A stretch of DNA of 61,049 nt, the filler included, from Platydemus manokwari (taxonomy: Eukaryota): the NCBI GenBank assembly GCA_037951405.1. It is 5 parts of 5 records of this genome, joined end to end, with 100 filler letters (N's around TTAATTAATTAA, not from the genome) between each part and the next. Parts side by side here need not be neighbours in the genome. Positions count along the whole stretch, not along the records: positions 12,285 to 28,711 come from JBBMOY011176988.1; 4 more parts are not named here. One strand, 5' to 3'. The notes under the pieces were generated by a model. That model saw only the letters and a program-made list of their open reading frames with translations. It was not told the origin of the DNA and did not search any database. Positions 12,316 through 24,724 of this stretch are shown one piece after another (position 1 is the stretch's first letter; each line of letters starts with the position of its first letter). The translations under genes were made by a program, and so were the position numbers.

Positions 12316-15047
12316 AGTGCCCTGACACGTTAAATCCCTAATTTAGTTAACAGCCTATGAAGTAAAATAGGATCAAGCCTTGGAAATATTGCATGAGTCG
12401 CTTAATATCTACCCCTGATCTTTAATAAAACCATAACTTGTAAAGTAAATACTACGTTTAACTGAACGAATACAATTCGATAAAACAATGCATTTATTCA
12501 AACCCTTTACAGCATTACTGAGAATTCACAATCTAAATAAATTAAAAATCAAAATTCTTATTTTATTTATAGTTGCTTGTAAATGACAAATGCATTGCTT
12601 TTTTTCTTAATTTTAAATATCAAATTTTTTATAGTTCACCTTCGATGTGTCCGAGTTTTTTGTATATATTTGTTAACAACATATGCTATATTTTATATTT
12701 ATTTATCTAATATATTGCCAATTTTACTGATTTGAGTTTTTATTTTTTTAGATTTATTATTCTTGTGGATCTAGAGTTTATTTATTATTTTAAATGTCTT
12801 TATTTATTTGCATATACTCGATTTATAATGATTGTGTTGATTTAATTTTTGATTTATGTGAAATAATCTCTCCAATTTATGATATATCAATTTATCAAGT
12901 CCACAATATGATTGATATTTGAACTTCATATTTCAAAACGCATCAATCTTACTTATTATCATTATAATACAGTTAAAGTCGGTTAAAATCACTTCAATAT
13001 TTTAATGTCACTTAACAAAACTGACACCATTTGATTGGGTAGATTGATAAAAATAAAACAAGTATTTTAATTTATTAAAAAATTTCTGACAATTTGAACG
13101 AAAGCGATTAAGGATATATTAATGAAGATTTGACTCCTAACGGTAATTTGTAAATTGAGTTATGTTTATTTCATTACGTTTTTTGAAATGAGATTTATAA
13201 TTTTTAATTTTTTAAAATCAAATATTGGAAAAGTAGAAAGACAAAAAATAAATTAATAAAAATTATTATATTTGTGAGAATTTTTTAAATGAATTATATT
13301 TTGTAAAGATTTAATTAAAGTTTTAAATAAAATCATAATAATTTGTTTATATAATTATATTTAAATATCTGATTTGATGTCGTGACATTTTAGTTCGTTT
13401 ATAATCTGTGCATTATAAAATAGTAGCAGCTTATAATGATGAAAAAAATCTCAATTAAAATTTCCAAATAAATATATATTGATAGTTGATTTTATAACGA
13501 AAATTTGTTGCCGTAATAACGAAATTTCGAATTACAAATATACAGCCTTCTGAAATAGGAGAATACAATATGGATATTGAATTTCTTATCATTGATTTTA
13601 AAATAAATATGAAAATTCATCGTTCATTTGGTTCCAATAAAATATTGATTGAAATACCATGCATTGTAATCTTTTGGATAATTTTCTCTGACAAATTCTT
13701 TAGCCGATATCGTTTTTCATTATGATTTTTCACGACGTGATGAAATAAATACGCATAAATTTTACCGACTACTATCAGATCTGATAGAATCGCATGTGTT
13801 TGTCTCAGATATGCATTTATTTGTATATAGATTTGGTAAATCGTATTTGTAAACTAATATAACAATGAACTTTGATATTGAATTTGTATTGCTACCATAT
13901 GCACTGTTTTATCGGATATAAATCTTTAATCAGAGTAAAATATTTTCCCTTTTAATATTTTCATCGTTTCACTCTATTTGATCAAACAAAATTTTGTATC
14001 TTTGAAAACAAGAATTGGTTTTCATTCTCGTATAGAAATCACTGGCTCGGTTTACTGAGCCAATTTTCGGCACGTTTATCGACAGAATAATATTAATTTA
14101 TTAATTAACTCGCTTTGGTAGAAATGTTTACGTGAATTCTGTCTTAATTTTATGAGACAATGACATTTAATCGGATTATTATTAGATCTACATTTGTATT
14201 TTATATTTCAAAATTTTATCTGAACTACGAAAATTAGCCTTTGCAAATCAAGATATTGGACAGTGGAGATAATGAAAATTGACGTGAGTAAACACTAATA
14301 CATGAATTATTAAATTTCTGGATATTAAACAGGCCTTATAATAGATTCATATGGTCAATAGATAAGATCGCAATGCAATAGCTGGCTATAATTTGTCCTG
14401 CAGACAGATAGATTGTAAATAACACATACACTCTGTCGAACTTTGTGTTATATCTCATAAATTAAAATTTCCAGAATTCTCTGATTAAGTTTACCGAGTT
14501 TGAGTGTTCTCGTTAGAGATGAGTTTTGTATTTTTAAAACTAATATTTTTGTTATTTTTTTGTTTAGTGTATTATGGAATTTTTAATGTTTATTATTGTG
14601 ATTCTGTTGTTTATTTTACAAGACTGAATACCATTTTGTTTGAAATTGTATGATTTTTATTATAAAAATTCGTTATTTCCACTGTCTGTTGTTTCGTAGA
14701 AATAGAGATTAGTTTAAAATTTCCAAAAACCTTTCAACGACATGGTGTAGAAATGTAAACATAGATAATTGAAATATTTTCCCGAAATAAATCAGATAAC
14801 TTTCACGTTGAAATCGATAATAACATTTTTCAACATATTGTGATCTGTTTGATTATAAAAAAGCAGTGTCCGATTTTAAATCTCCTTTCTTCGTAACAAA
14901 TCTGTCTTCGAACAAAAATAGATTTATGCTATTATTGGAAATTCAAATAAATTTAATGACTTTTTCCTCTGATATATTTCCGTTATACTTATTGACTTCA
15001 TTTAAACAAAACACTATATATTTTAAATTTTAATTTTTTTCTAATAG

Positions 15048-16069
15048 TTGTGGGGTTTAATCAAGCAAGGTTGGCGATGCCGAGATTGCGGTATCAATGC
15101 TCATAAGCAATGCAAAGACCAAGTTGTAATGGAATGTCGATCACGAATCAATATGTTCCAACAACAAAGAAGTGCTTCACAATCCACTGAAAGTACGGGT
15201 AGTTACTTTATTTTCATATAAACACAATACCATCTAAATATGAGAGATTATTATTTTTATTTATAATACTTATTAGCTTTTTTATCTTATTATCATGACA
15301 GATTGATATTATATTATCTATGATTTATATAATTATTGCAACATTCTAACTGAAGCATGCTCATTTTTGTCTTCAAGTAAGAAAAATGTGGATTAATTTT
15401 AATTGATAGGCACCGTACAACAAAGAACAATTGATCGAAAAAGAAAAATGTCTCAAATGCAAAAGAAACAAGCAGTCGTAAATGTGGAAACTCAAACTGG
15501 TCAAGTATTATCCGAATCCGATGTAAACAGCCCAGAGTTAAACTATTCTTCAAATGACTTTGAGGTTCAGAATTCTGGTAATGATGATGATTCATATGAT
15601 TATTTTACACTGATCAATGACAAGAATCAACTACTAGACACTCTATTAATCNNNNNNNNNNNNNNNNNNNNNNNNNNNNNNNNNNNNNNNNNNNNNNNNN
15701 NNNNNNNNNNNNNNNNNNNNNNNNNNNNNNNNNNNNNNNNNNNNNNNNNNNNNNNNNNNNNNNNNNNNNNNNNNNNNNNNNNNNNNNNNNNNNNNNNNNN
15801 NNNNNNNNNNNNNNNNNNNNNNNNNNNNNNNNNNNNNNNNNNNNATTATCATTGATATTATTATTATTATCATTGATATTATTATTATCATTGTTGTTAT
15901 TATTATTTTTATTTAGGAAAAGAAAGAAATGGAAAATGAAATCAAAGAATTGCACGAACAACTTCAATTACAAACCAAACAAATCGAAACATTACAAGAA
16001 ACTGTCGACAAATTAAGTCAAAAGATCATGAAATTTATCACGGATGTCATGAATATATTTAATAATTGA
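15048..16069 (+). CDS. RasGRP: Ras guanyl-releasing protein, 3' exons (15048-about 15198, 15410-gap, 15917-16069)
   Basis: The exon at 15048 reads [31 protein letters not shown], the second half of a RasGRP-type C1 (DAG-binding) domain. It splices in phase 1 to an acidic/Ser-rich exon. The terminal exon is a coiled coil ([40 protein letters not shown]...), as in RasGRP1. Confidence 0.8.
15652..15844. other. Sized assembly gap (193 N, no spacer)
   Basis: N-run inside the RasGRP gene, without the TTAATTAATTAA marker. Confidence 0.95.
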
Positions 16070-18112
16070 CGATCATTGACGTTTTCGATATGGATTGGAG
16101 ATCGGAAATATTGTCGACGTGTTTTTTGATGATATTATTCATTTATTAGTACTGAAGGACATTGTTATTTGTTTGTCATTGATATTCTCTCTGTGAAAAC
16201 CATTGTTGTTTAAAATATATGTTTGTTGAATTCTGTTGGTTTCTATTGTCATTGTTGTATGATTATTGAAGGAAAAATATTGATTGAAACACCATTATGT
16301 TATTAATGAATTCGATAATGTGTGTGTGTGTGTCATAGATCTATTAAAAATAATGAAAAATCTGAATGGAAAATTAGTCTTTTCAATGCTTTTAATTGCC
16401 TTCCACAATCTCATGTATTCTATTAAGAATTATCACATTTAAAAGATGAAAACAATTTATGAATCACGGTCGCAGCTGTTTATGTGAAATTTTATATGTC
16501 AAACATAATTATGTAAATCCACATGAAAGTCAAATCCCAATAAGATTTCTCCTTATTTTACTTCAACTTTTATAAACGCCATACATTGCACCTCCATTCA
16601 TCCAATGAATAATCTATCTTGTAGTGTTTCAACATTAATAATTTCTGACTACTTCATTCGCCACAACAACAATGGTAATCGTGTTAAAAAGCCTTATAAT
16701 CAAATGAAAAAATTATCAATTTAAAATAAATAATGTTGTTTAAAAATCAGAAAAAATTTTCGTTCATAAAATTATTTGAAAAAAAAGTATTGAAATTTAT
16801 ATTTTAAAAAATATGTAAAATTCACTTCAAAATAACTTGTATTTGTAGTGTGCTTGTTTATAAGATAAATGAAGTTTTGCTAATCTAATAAATTTACAAT
16901 TCTAACATGTAACCAATCGATATGGAGTTACATCAGATAGAATCTTGAATTCACCATTAAAATCGATAATTTCTGAATTCGAATACACGACCATCTCATT
17001 GTACTTCAATACCATTTACCACTTGGAAACGCATTTCAGTTCTTTTTCAGCACATAATTTTCATTTTAAAACGAAATCATAACTATATTTATAATAAAAT
17101 CTTAAAATCAATATCTACAACTCTTTATGATTTATTTTAAAATTATATTTTTTCAATCTTACTAATAATTCTCTCGATTGGTTTGAGAATAATAAATCAT
17201 GATCGGTGTTTGTTAGCAGTTTATTAAAATATCAAGCAACACTTATCGATTGCTTGATAAATATGATGTTATTTATAGAACAAAAATTTATATATTAGAA
17301 GCTCAATTTTGTTTATTCACTGTGATGATGAATTAGTTTATCTTGATGATTAATATGCTTGATTAATATGATAGACAAATAAAGTTTTCATTCGATTAAT
17401 TGATACGATATAAATGTAGTGAGCTGTGTAATTTAGATTTTCATGACACAGCTGCTTATAATAATCGTGTTTCTTTTTATAGATAAAATAGAAAGAATCG
17501 ATGGATAACCCATAAAAACAATTCTCATCATCAAAGAACATAATCGATTGAGTCATCATCACATTAAAACAAAGATTTATTGCTTGTCGTATTGCATTTT
17601 CCAATGGAAATTTCCGAGTCTCGAGCACACAAACATCTCTCTTTATTGGATTCAGTTTCGACTAACACTTTTACGTTGTTATCAGTTTTTAAAATAATTC
17701 TCAAAGATATTCAAATAAATGATTTTCGATGTTGAAAACAACATTTGAAATATGAAAAATAGAGTGTTGTAAAATACATCACCGTAAACCATTATGTCAA
17801 TATTTCACCTATAAGATTAATAAAACAAAATCTTAATAAATAACATTTACTTGTCAACAACGTTGTCAACAAATGATACAAATCATAAAATAATTATTTA
17901 TTCTACAAGAACTGATTATTTATGCCTAACTTATTATAAAGATAGATCCAAGAGATCGTATAAATGTTAAAATAATAAGATCCAAAACAAATGATACGCC
18001 GAAACATTCATAAAATTATCAAAATTTCATTTTAAAATTCATTATGAAAATGACACATTAATAGTTATCTGTAGACATACATTAACAAAAACAAAATGGA
18101 AAAATTCATCTC

Positions 18113-19219
18113 TTAAATTACTTCGTTAGAATCAAGATCTTTAGAATAAATACTCGATAAATCCTTTCGTAAAAGTCGCGGACAGCAATGGATATAGATC
18201 AGTGGTTTCACCGATACAGTGATAATGGAAATTATAATCGACATATATTTCACAATTTGCCTTAACAAAGGCCAATCTTCTTTGGGACTTCCTTCCAGAT
18301 TTCGTTCCAGTCCCACGAAAATAGCTGATAATTTCATTATGAGATTGATAAGCATCAAAACCGCTATCCAAATAACAAGCTGTGTTTTCCTACTGACACC
18401 GGCGACACTGAGAACTTTCAAGTTGGGATTGATCAAATTTTCACACGTGGACTTATTATGCTTTATTCTTCTTTTTCGAGTAAGTACGGCCTCATGATAC
18501 TTGATAACGACAATATAAGCAAGAATCAAAATAATTGGAATAGAACACTCAATACATGGCGAAAGGAATTTTAACATAATTATTCGATAAAGTTTGATAA
18601 TGCGTAATAAAGGAACGACAATCCCATTTCCGGTTCTGATATCTTTATTGAATGTATATTCAGCGAATTTTGGAATGGTATAAATCAACAAACATCCTAT
18701 TATCAATGATAAACGACAATAAGTCTTTCTTCGTTTTTTCGAACTCATTACATTCGAATCATCATAACCTTCGGCTTCCAGAACTAGCTTGGAACGAGTT
18801 ATATTGCTTCGTTGAATAAGAAGAGCAATAATAAGCCATGTGACAATTGAGCATGTCAAATCCCATAATGGCAGTAGGAATGGTACAATAATATAAGAAA
18901 ATTTTTGGTAAATTCGAAGCTGATCCTTATAATTACTTCCAACTATTCCCAAAACAACAAACAACAACCATCCTAAGATAAGATGCAAACAATCTATGAA
19001 AATAATCGACGCTAGATATATGCCAAAAGGATTCCTTTTGAAGCTTTGATTATGTTTTAAATGCATTTTGACGAAGCAAAACAGATTTGCAGATATTCCG
19101 ATAATGCTGACAATTGCCATGGCTACCATTAATGCGTGAATTATTCCAGATAACGATTGGACGTTACAATAATAACTATCATAACACTCAGCATCGTTAA
19201 TTGTGAGTATAATATTCAT
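18113..19219 (-). CDS. Class A (rhodopsin-like) orphan/peptide-type GPCR with an intronless CDS, about 368 aa
   Basis: Seven hydrophobic segments: GISAN (TM1), LASIIFID (TM2), LIQRS at the DRY position, IPKFAEY after TM4, SIPI (TM5), KPLIY (NPxxY-like). Start placed at ATG 19219 because a good acceptor (tttttgttttcag) ends at 19254 and pairs with a gtaagc donor at 19441. Confidence 0.8.
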   Translation of the reverse strand: MNIILTINDAECYDSYYCNVQSLSGIIHALMVAMAIVSIIGISANLFCFVKMHLKHNQSFKRNPFGIYLASIIFIDCLHLILGWLLFVVLGIVGSNYKDQLRIYQKFSYIIVPFLLPLWDLTCSIVTWLIIALLIQRSNITRSKLVLEAEGYDDSNVMSSKKRRKTYCRLSLIIGCLLIYTIPKFAEYTFNKDIRTGNGIVVPLLRIIKLYRIIMLKFLSPCIECSIPIILILAYIVVIKYHEAVLTRKRRIKHNKSTCENLINPNLKVLSVAGVSRKTQLVIWIAVLMLINLIMKLSAIFVGLERNLEGSPKEDWPLLRQIVKYMSIIISIITVSVKPLIYIHCCPRLLRKDLSSIYSKDLDSNEVI

Positions 19220-21120
19220 AAATGTCGTTTGGCTTTGATTTTTCACATGGTTTCTGAAAACAAAAACATACATCGTGAAATGTAACAATAATTGGAAACA
19301 ATATCGAAAATTAAAATATATCAAATTTAAAAATGCACCGAACTACTTCAATATGTCGCAAAAGTATAAACATAAACGTGAAGACTTGTTGGCAGAATAG
19401 TTTTAGCAACGGTTAGTTTATCGTCACGACTCATTGCTTACCGATAACTAATTACAAAGTATTACATAATAAAATATTTAACATCGATTTTATTATTCAA
19501 GATTCCATCTGTAATACGAAAATCGATGGTGGCATTGTCATTTTTACGGAAAGTGATATATATGCGAGAATGTTGCAACTATCTGCAATTGTGATATTCG
19601 AATAGATAGCTTTATGTGGCACAAGTTAAAATCAAATCTCACAAGCCGTATCGAATTATCTCTGACGTTCTATTTATTTACAATATTATAAAAACAACCG
19701 CACTAAGCCAAACTAATCTGTCATGCAAAAATATATCTTATCTCAAGTTTTCAATACATGAAGTCTAATATAAATGTGAAAATTTGATTTTGACAATCTG
19801 ACAGATGATCAAGCGGCTTTTTCTAGAATTTAACAATCAAAATTTTCTAAAACTTTCTATATGTTTGAGAAATATTTTAAATGAATTAAATTTTTAATTC
19901 AAATTTAATTCTAATTTTATATAAAATCATATTTATATAAAATTAAATTCATTTGTTTAAATATTTGTATTTAAGTAGATTGTTGGTGGCTTGATTTTTT
20001 AGTTTGTTTTTAATGTGTGATTTTTAAAAAAGTAGCGACTAACAATATTATTTGTAATTTCGAATGTATTTAACGAAGCAGTCCGATATAGATATTTTCA
20101 TTTAAATTATAAAGAACACCGCAAGTTAACAAACATACACATTGCATTGTTAAAGTTTTATTCTGGTTATATTTGTAACAATAAACTCTATACCGCTAAT
20201 GAAGTTGTAAAACATTTGTACTTTTATGGAAAATCATTAAATTTGATTTATCACTTCAATTTTGATTCATCAACATGTCGGGCTTTGTATTTACGATATT
20301 ATTTGCTACTCTTTCAAATCACAAAAAAACTTTCTCGAACTGTTTATAAGTGACGATAATTTGTCAATAATTTCACATAAATCGTTGTGAAAAAAATTAA
20401 TTATTCACTATTGAAATATCTGTAAATATTTCATATCTTAATCTATTACCTGATCTTTTGTTATTGAATCGGTGATAAAACTTTACTGAACCAATCATCA
20501 TTTTGTTTTCAAATTTCTTTCAAAAGTCAACTTGAAAAAACTTCATTAAAATTCTAATTTATGAAATTTGATAAAAACTAATTACCATAAAACATGTGAT
20601 ATTTCAATGGATTGATATTTAAAAGAGCACCGCGGTGATTGGTTGAAAATTTTCTTTATCATTTTATTACAACAGTCTACAAACACCACATATTGTAAAT
20701 CAATAAATGAGGTAAAATTATGAAATGGTTAATATTTATCTTCCGATAAAGATAATCATCATCGAACACAGTTTACAGACTGTAACAAATCTTATCGTCG
20801 TTTCGTTATAATTTGAATTTTTATCGCCCATTTTGTTACATTTTCTATGGAAATATTATACCGCAGTCGGACAATAAATAAAATACCGGTTTATGTTATT
20901 TTTAATTTTATTTTCTATGGACCATTCATAATTTTATAATTCATATGTGCGTTTAATGTATTTTTTATTTCTATGTTAAAAAAAACAATATTGAAAGAAA
21001 CACCGGAATTTCTACAAAAACTAAATCATATTTATGCTTTACAACATCTGTTATACAAGAATAATTTAGATGGGAATTTTGTTTGAATTAAATATTTGTG
21101 AAATTTGCATTCCTATAAAC

Positions 21121-21430
21121 CAGTGTTCTTCAAAAGGATTAGGGCGAAAAGTTTTTGGGGATCGCGAGGAATTTCATTGTTGACACTGACTAAAATATCG
21201 CTTTAAATTTAAAAATCTGGATTTAGTACTGAGACCAGTCATCACCTAAATAGAGCCAAGATTTGATGTTTTATGGCAAAATATGCAAAATCGTTGTTAT
21301 TATTAAATATATTTTAATTTTTTAGTGTTAAAAAAATTTCACTCTCTTATTTTTATTTTAATCCATAGGGGTCGCAAAAAAATTTGGACTCGTAAAGTGG
21401 GTCACAACGTAAAAACTGTGAAGACCACTA
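21121..21430 (+). mobile_element. hAT-like MITE family A, copy 1
   Basis: Termini CAGTGTTCTTCA...TGAAGACCACTA; colinear with 38733-39042; TSD degraded. Confidence 0.75.
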
Positions 21431-22028
21431 GTCAAAACAACTCAACAAATTAATCATAAAATTATAATAGAAACATAATATTGTTAATATTAATCAAATA
21501 TTATTTCGTAAATCTATTTAAATTTAATAGTCTGTTAATTTGTCAACTACAATGAGATTTATTGTGAAATCGTAAATTCAGTCTATTTCAAATCAATCAT
21601 CAAAATTAATATCACATCAATTCGGTATCATAAATCATATTTTATTTCTAACATTCAATAAATCTATCGATCCATACCAATCTAATAAATTCAACTCCTG
21701 TCGTTGAAACCTATTAATTTCATTTAAAAGTAAATTTGGTAATAATAAAATATAATTTCATTTTTCTATGACATAATGTCGTCAGAATTGGAAATCGTTT
21801 GGTAATCATTTTAGGTGACCGATGCCAACCCGTTTTGTTGCGATTTAAAAATCAATCCGCATTACAAACAGCGAATATCAAGTTTTATTGGTTTGAAAAA
21901 AATCCTGTTCACATTTTCAGATAATCATTGAAAGTGAGATCATGCAAAAACAAATAATTACAAAACAAGAAGATCGAAAAACCTGGGTTGCAAAAATTAC
22001 GAATATAGGCCGCTACGATTTTATAGAG

Positions 22029-22133
22029 CATGGGTGGCCAACCGGTCGATCTTTAAGCCAATTTTAGTCTATCGTGTTAGATGTTATTCAAATGAAAAGT
22101 CGATCATACGTACACAAAAGTTGGCCACCTCTG
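22029..22133 (+). mobile_element. hAT MITE family B, copy 1
   Basis: 14-bp TIRs (CATGGGTGGCCAAC / GTTGGCCACCTCTG) and a perfect 8-bp TSD TTATAGAG on both sides. Confidence 0.9.
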
Positions 22134-22159
22134 TTATAGAGCATGCATTGAAAACAAAT

Positions 22160-22512
22160 TAAGAAATCACGACAAGATAATTATATATTAAATACAACGA
22201 TATAAACAAATTAGTATAATTTTATATAAAATCTGAATTAAATCTCGAAAAATTTAATTCGTTTAAAAATTTCCACATCCCATTTTCTTTAAAATCTATG
22301 ATCTTATTTGTATTCTTAATCGTCTCTATATTTAATACTCTACATACTTATCTACATAAAAATCTCTAATTCTTCAAACTTCTTTATATCATTTATGTAT
22401 CTCCTTTATATCTTCTCTACACATTCTTTATATATTCTTTCTCTTCTATAATGTTCAGACATTGATCTCCTGAGAATCGAATCCTGATCCGTATTCGTCA
22501 TGTAAGCCGCTA
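22160..22512 (-). repeat. Degenerate dispersed repeat, possibly SINE-like
   Basis: Shares ordered blocks with 30470-30748 (tcacga...; tttcca..tccc..ttt.taaaatct; atctcctg..gaatc). A B-box-like GATTCGATTC lies on the minus strand near 22480. A further partial copy starts at about 22527. Confidence 0.4.
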
Positions 22513-24322
22513 CTATTTTATAAAGTACTCATTTAAAAAAAACTGAAAAGTCACGACACCAAATCATCTATTTAAATGCAATTATATAAACACATTGATT
22601 TAATTTTATTTAAAATTTAAATAAAATCTATAAAAAGTTTCATTCATTTAAAAATTCTCTCATTGATTATAATAAATTTATAATAAATTATAATTTTAAG
22701 TAAACTTATTTCGAAGTCATTCGATTAATTTTTATCCATCAACTTAATTTATCATATTAATGTTTTTCAAAAAACCAATGAACTGAAAAACTTTCCAACA
22801 GAATCGTAATTATGTAATCCCAATTCCAACAATGTGTTGATTGAGCAAATATTTCATAAGATAATCCAATAATAATGAAACGAAATGAATGAAATTAAGA
22901 CATTCACAGAAACCATTAAATTTAAAATCACTTAGTAACCGTTAATTGCATAGATACCAATTAATAGAAACTTTATAGCAACGGTGCCAAATTTCACTAT
23001 ACGTTTGAATTATTTATTTATTCCAATGTTTTCAAAGGAATGATACCATTATAGTTTACCGTATATTTCATTACCGAACATTGTCAATTAATTAATTAAT
23101 TAATTGTCATAAACTTTTTTATGGTCATTTAATTATCGGATAGAACAGTTATTGTTATTTCATTTTAGACAGGAAATATTGTTGAACAAATTATTAACAC
23201 CAGTAAATACCCAATGTGTTGCTATAATTTATTATTATGTTTCATTGCTGCAGAAATTATTTTGAGATATTTATATTATTAAAGTAGACAAATATAAAAA
23301 TTATTTATATCAATTAAAATAGTTTTCGAGAATCAACGCAACTTATTACTTAGATGTGTCTTGTGGCTTCCTGGTGATATTATCGAAATACACCAAAACC
23401 ATAAACATTCAAGAGACTTATCAACGGCAAATATTTTTAATGAAATGTCATTTTAGAAATCACAAATTCATTTTAAACATAAAAGATCAATCAATTATTA
23501 AAACAAGTGCTTATCGATTTTTATTATATTTACCATGTAGTTAAAAGACAAATATGTTAACAACAATTGAACAGTAGCTCTTAACTAAGACCAAACCAAA
23601 TTAATGTTATCTTATTTTTAAAAGTATTGACTATGATTACTAACGGTAAAAATATCAGATAAACGAGCGTGTTGAAGAACAACGGAAAGTTAGAAAGATA
23701 TATTTGCCAAATTTCAGATCAAGATCAAATCATCAATCCAACCAATTTAAATGTTAAACCAAAAATATTCCTTGACATTTAATGATTAAAAATAGATATT
23801 TGCTTTCGAAGAAGTTTTACGTTGATAAGTATAGCATATTGTTTTCATGGCGTGATTTTGTATTGAAAAATCATGAAGTCTCACAAGCAATTTGACATTT
23901 GCATTGTTTTGTTGGATCGTTCACGGCATATATGATATAATTGTTAAGAATCGGTTCATATCGGAACATTACTAATAATATTAATCATTCTTAACGATGA
24001 TGATGATTATTATTGTTTATTTTTTGTTGAATCTTTGTAATGATTAACATGATCTAATATGAAGCACACACACGCAAAATGTTTTGTTTCTATTTTCCAA
24101 TTCGATTATTTTCCTTTGTTTTCATGGCTTATGTTAACAAAAGGGGTGGTTTGACCTACTTTGGTAATAATGAATTTTCTAATTAAAATTTTATGCATAT
24201 AATTGCAATGATTGATTTATTTGTAGAATTTAGTTAATATCTCACTTTTTAGGCGGTCGAAAGGAGACAAAACATAGTTTTTACATCAAGTTCCTACTCT
24301 AATCACAACATTTCTACTTGAT

Positions 24323-24724
24323 ATTTTGATCTTGTAAAATTAAATTTATTTAATTACAAATGAGCTTAGAGATCTCATGACATGGTTAATAGTCTAGTAT
24401 TACTTGTTTTTATCAAATAATTGTAAAAATTTAAATTATCTCTCAATTTGATTCTAATTTTAAAATAATGGGTCCTCGCTAATTTTCAATAAATTTCAAT
24501 TTGACCTACTTTGATCCGTTTTTCAAATAATCAAATTTTAAAAGATTTTGAAGCTCTAATCAATTCAATATTAGATTTCAAACAACTAAAATTCTTCTTA
24601 AGTATTTAAATAAAAAATTGAAAATGTTTTTAAAGAATATAATTAAATAAACTATATAGAATTTTGCAATGCACTCAATAAATTTAAAATTTCATTTGAG
24701 GACCCTTTTTTAACTTTAGCCGAA
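24323..24724 (-). repeat. Dispersed repeat family copy 2 (inverted relative to 3123-3525)
   Basis: Reverse-complement colinearity with 3123-3525. Confidence 0.8.

Noticed and set aside
15614-15967. ORFs spanning the N gap
   Set aside because: Artefacts of undefined bases.
21935-21960. miRNA seed-like matches (bantam-like here; miR-71-like at about 26889; miR-10-like at about 52403)
   Set aside because: Only 7-8 nt matches with no convincing precursor hairpin.
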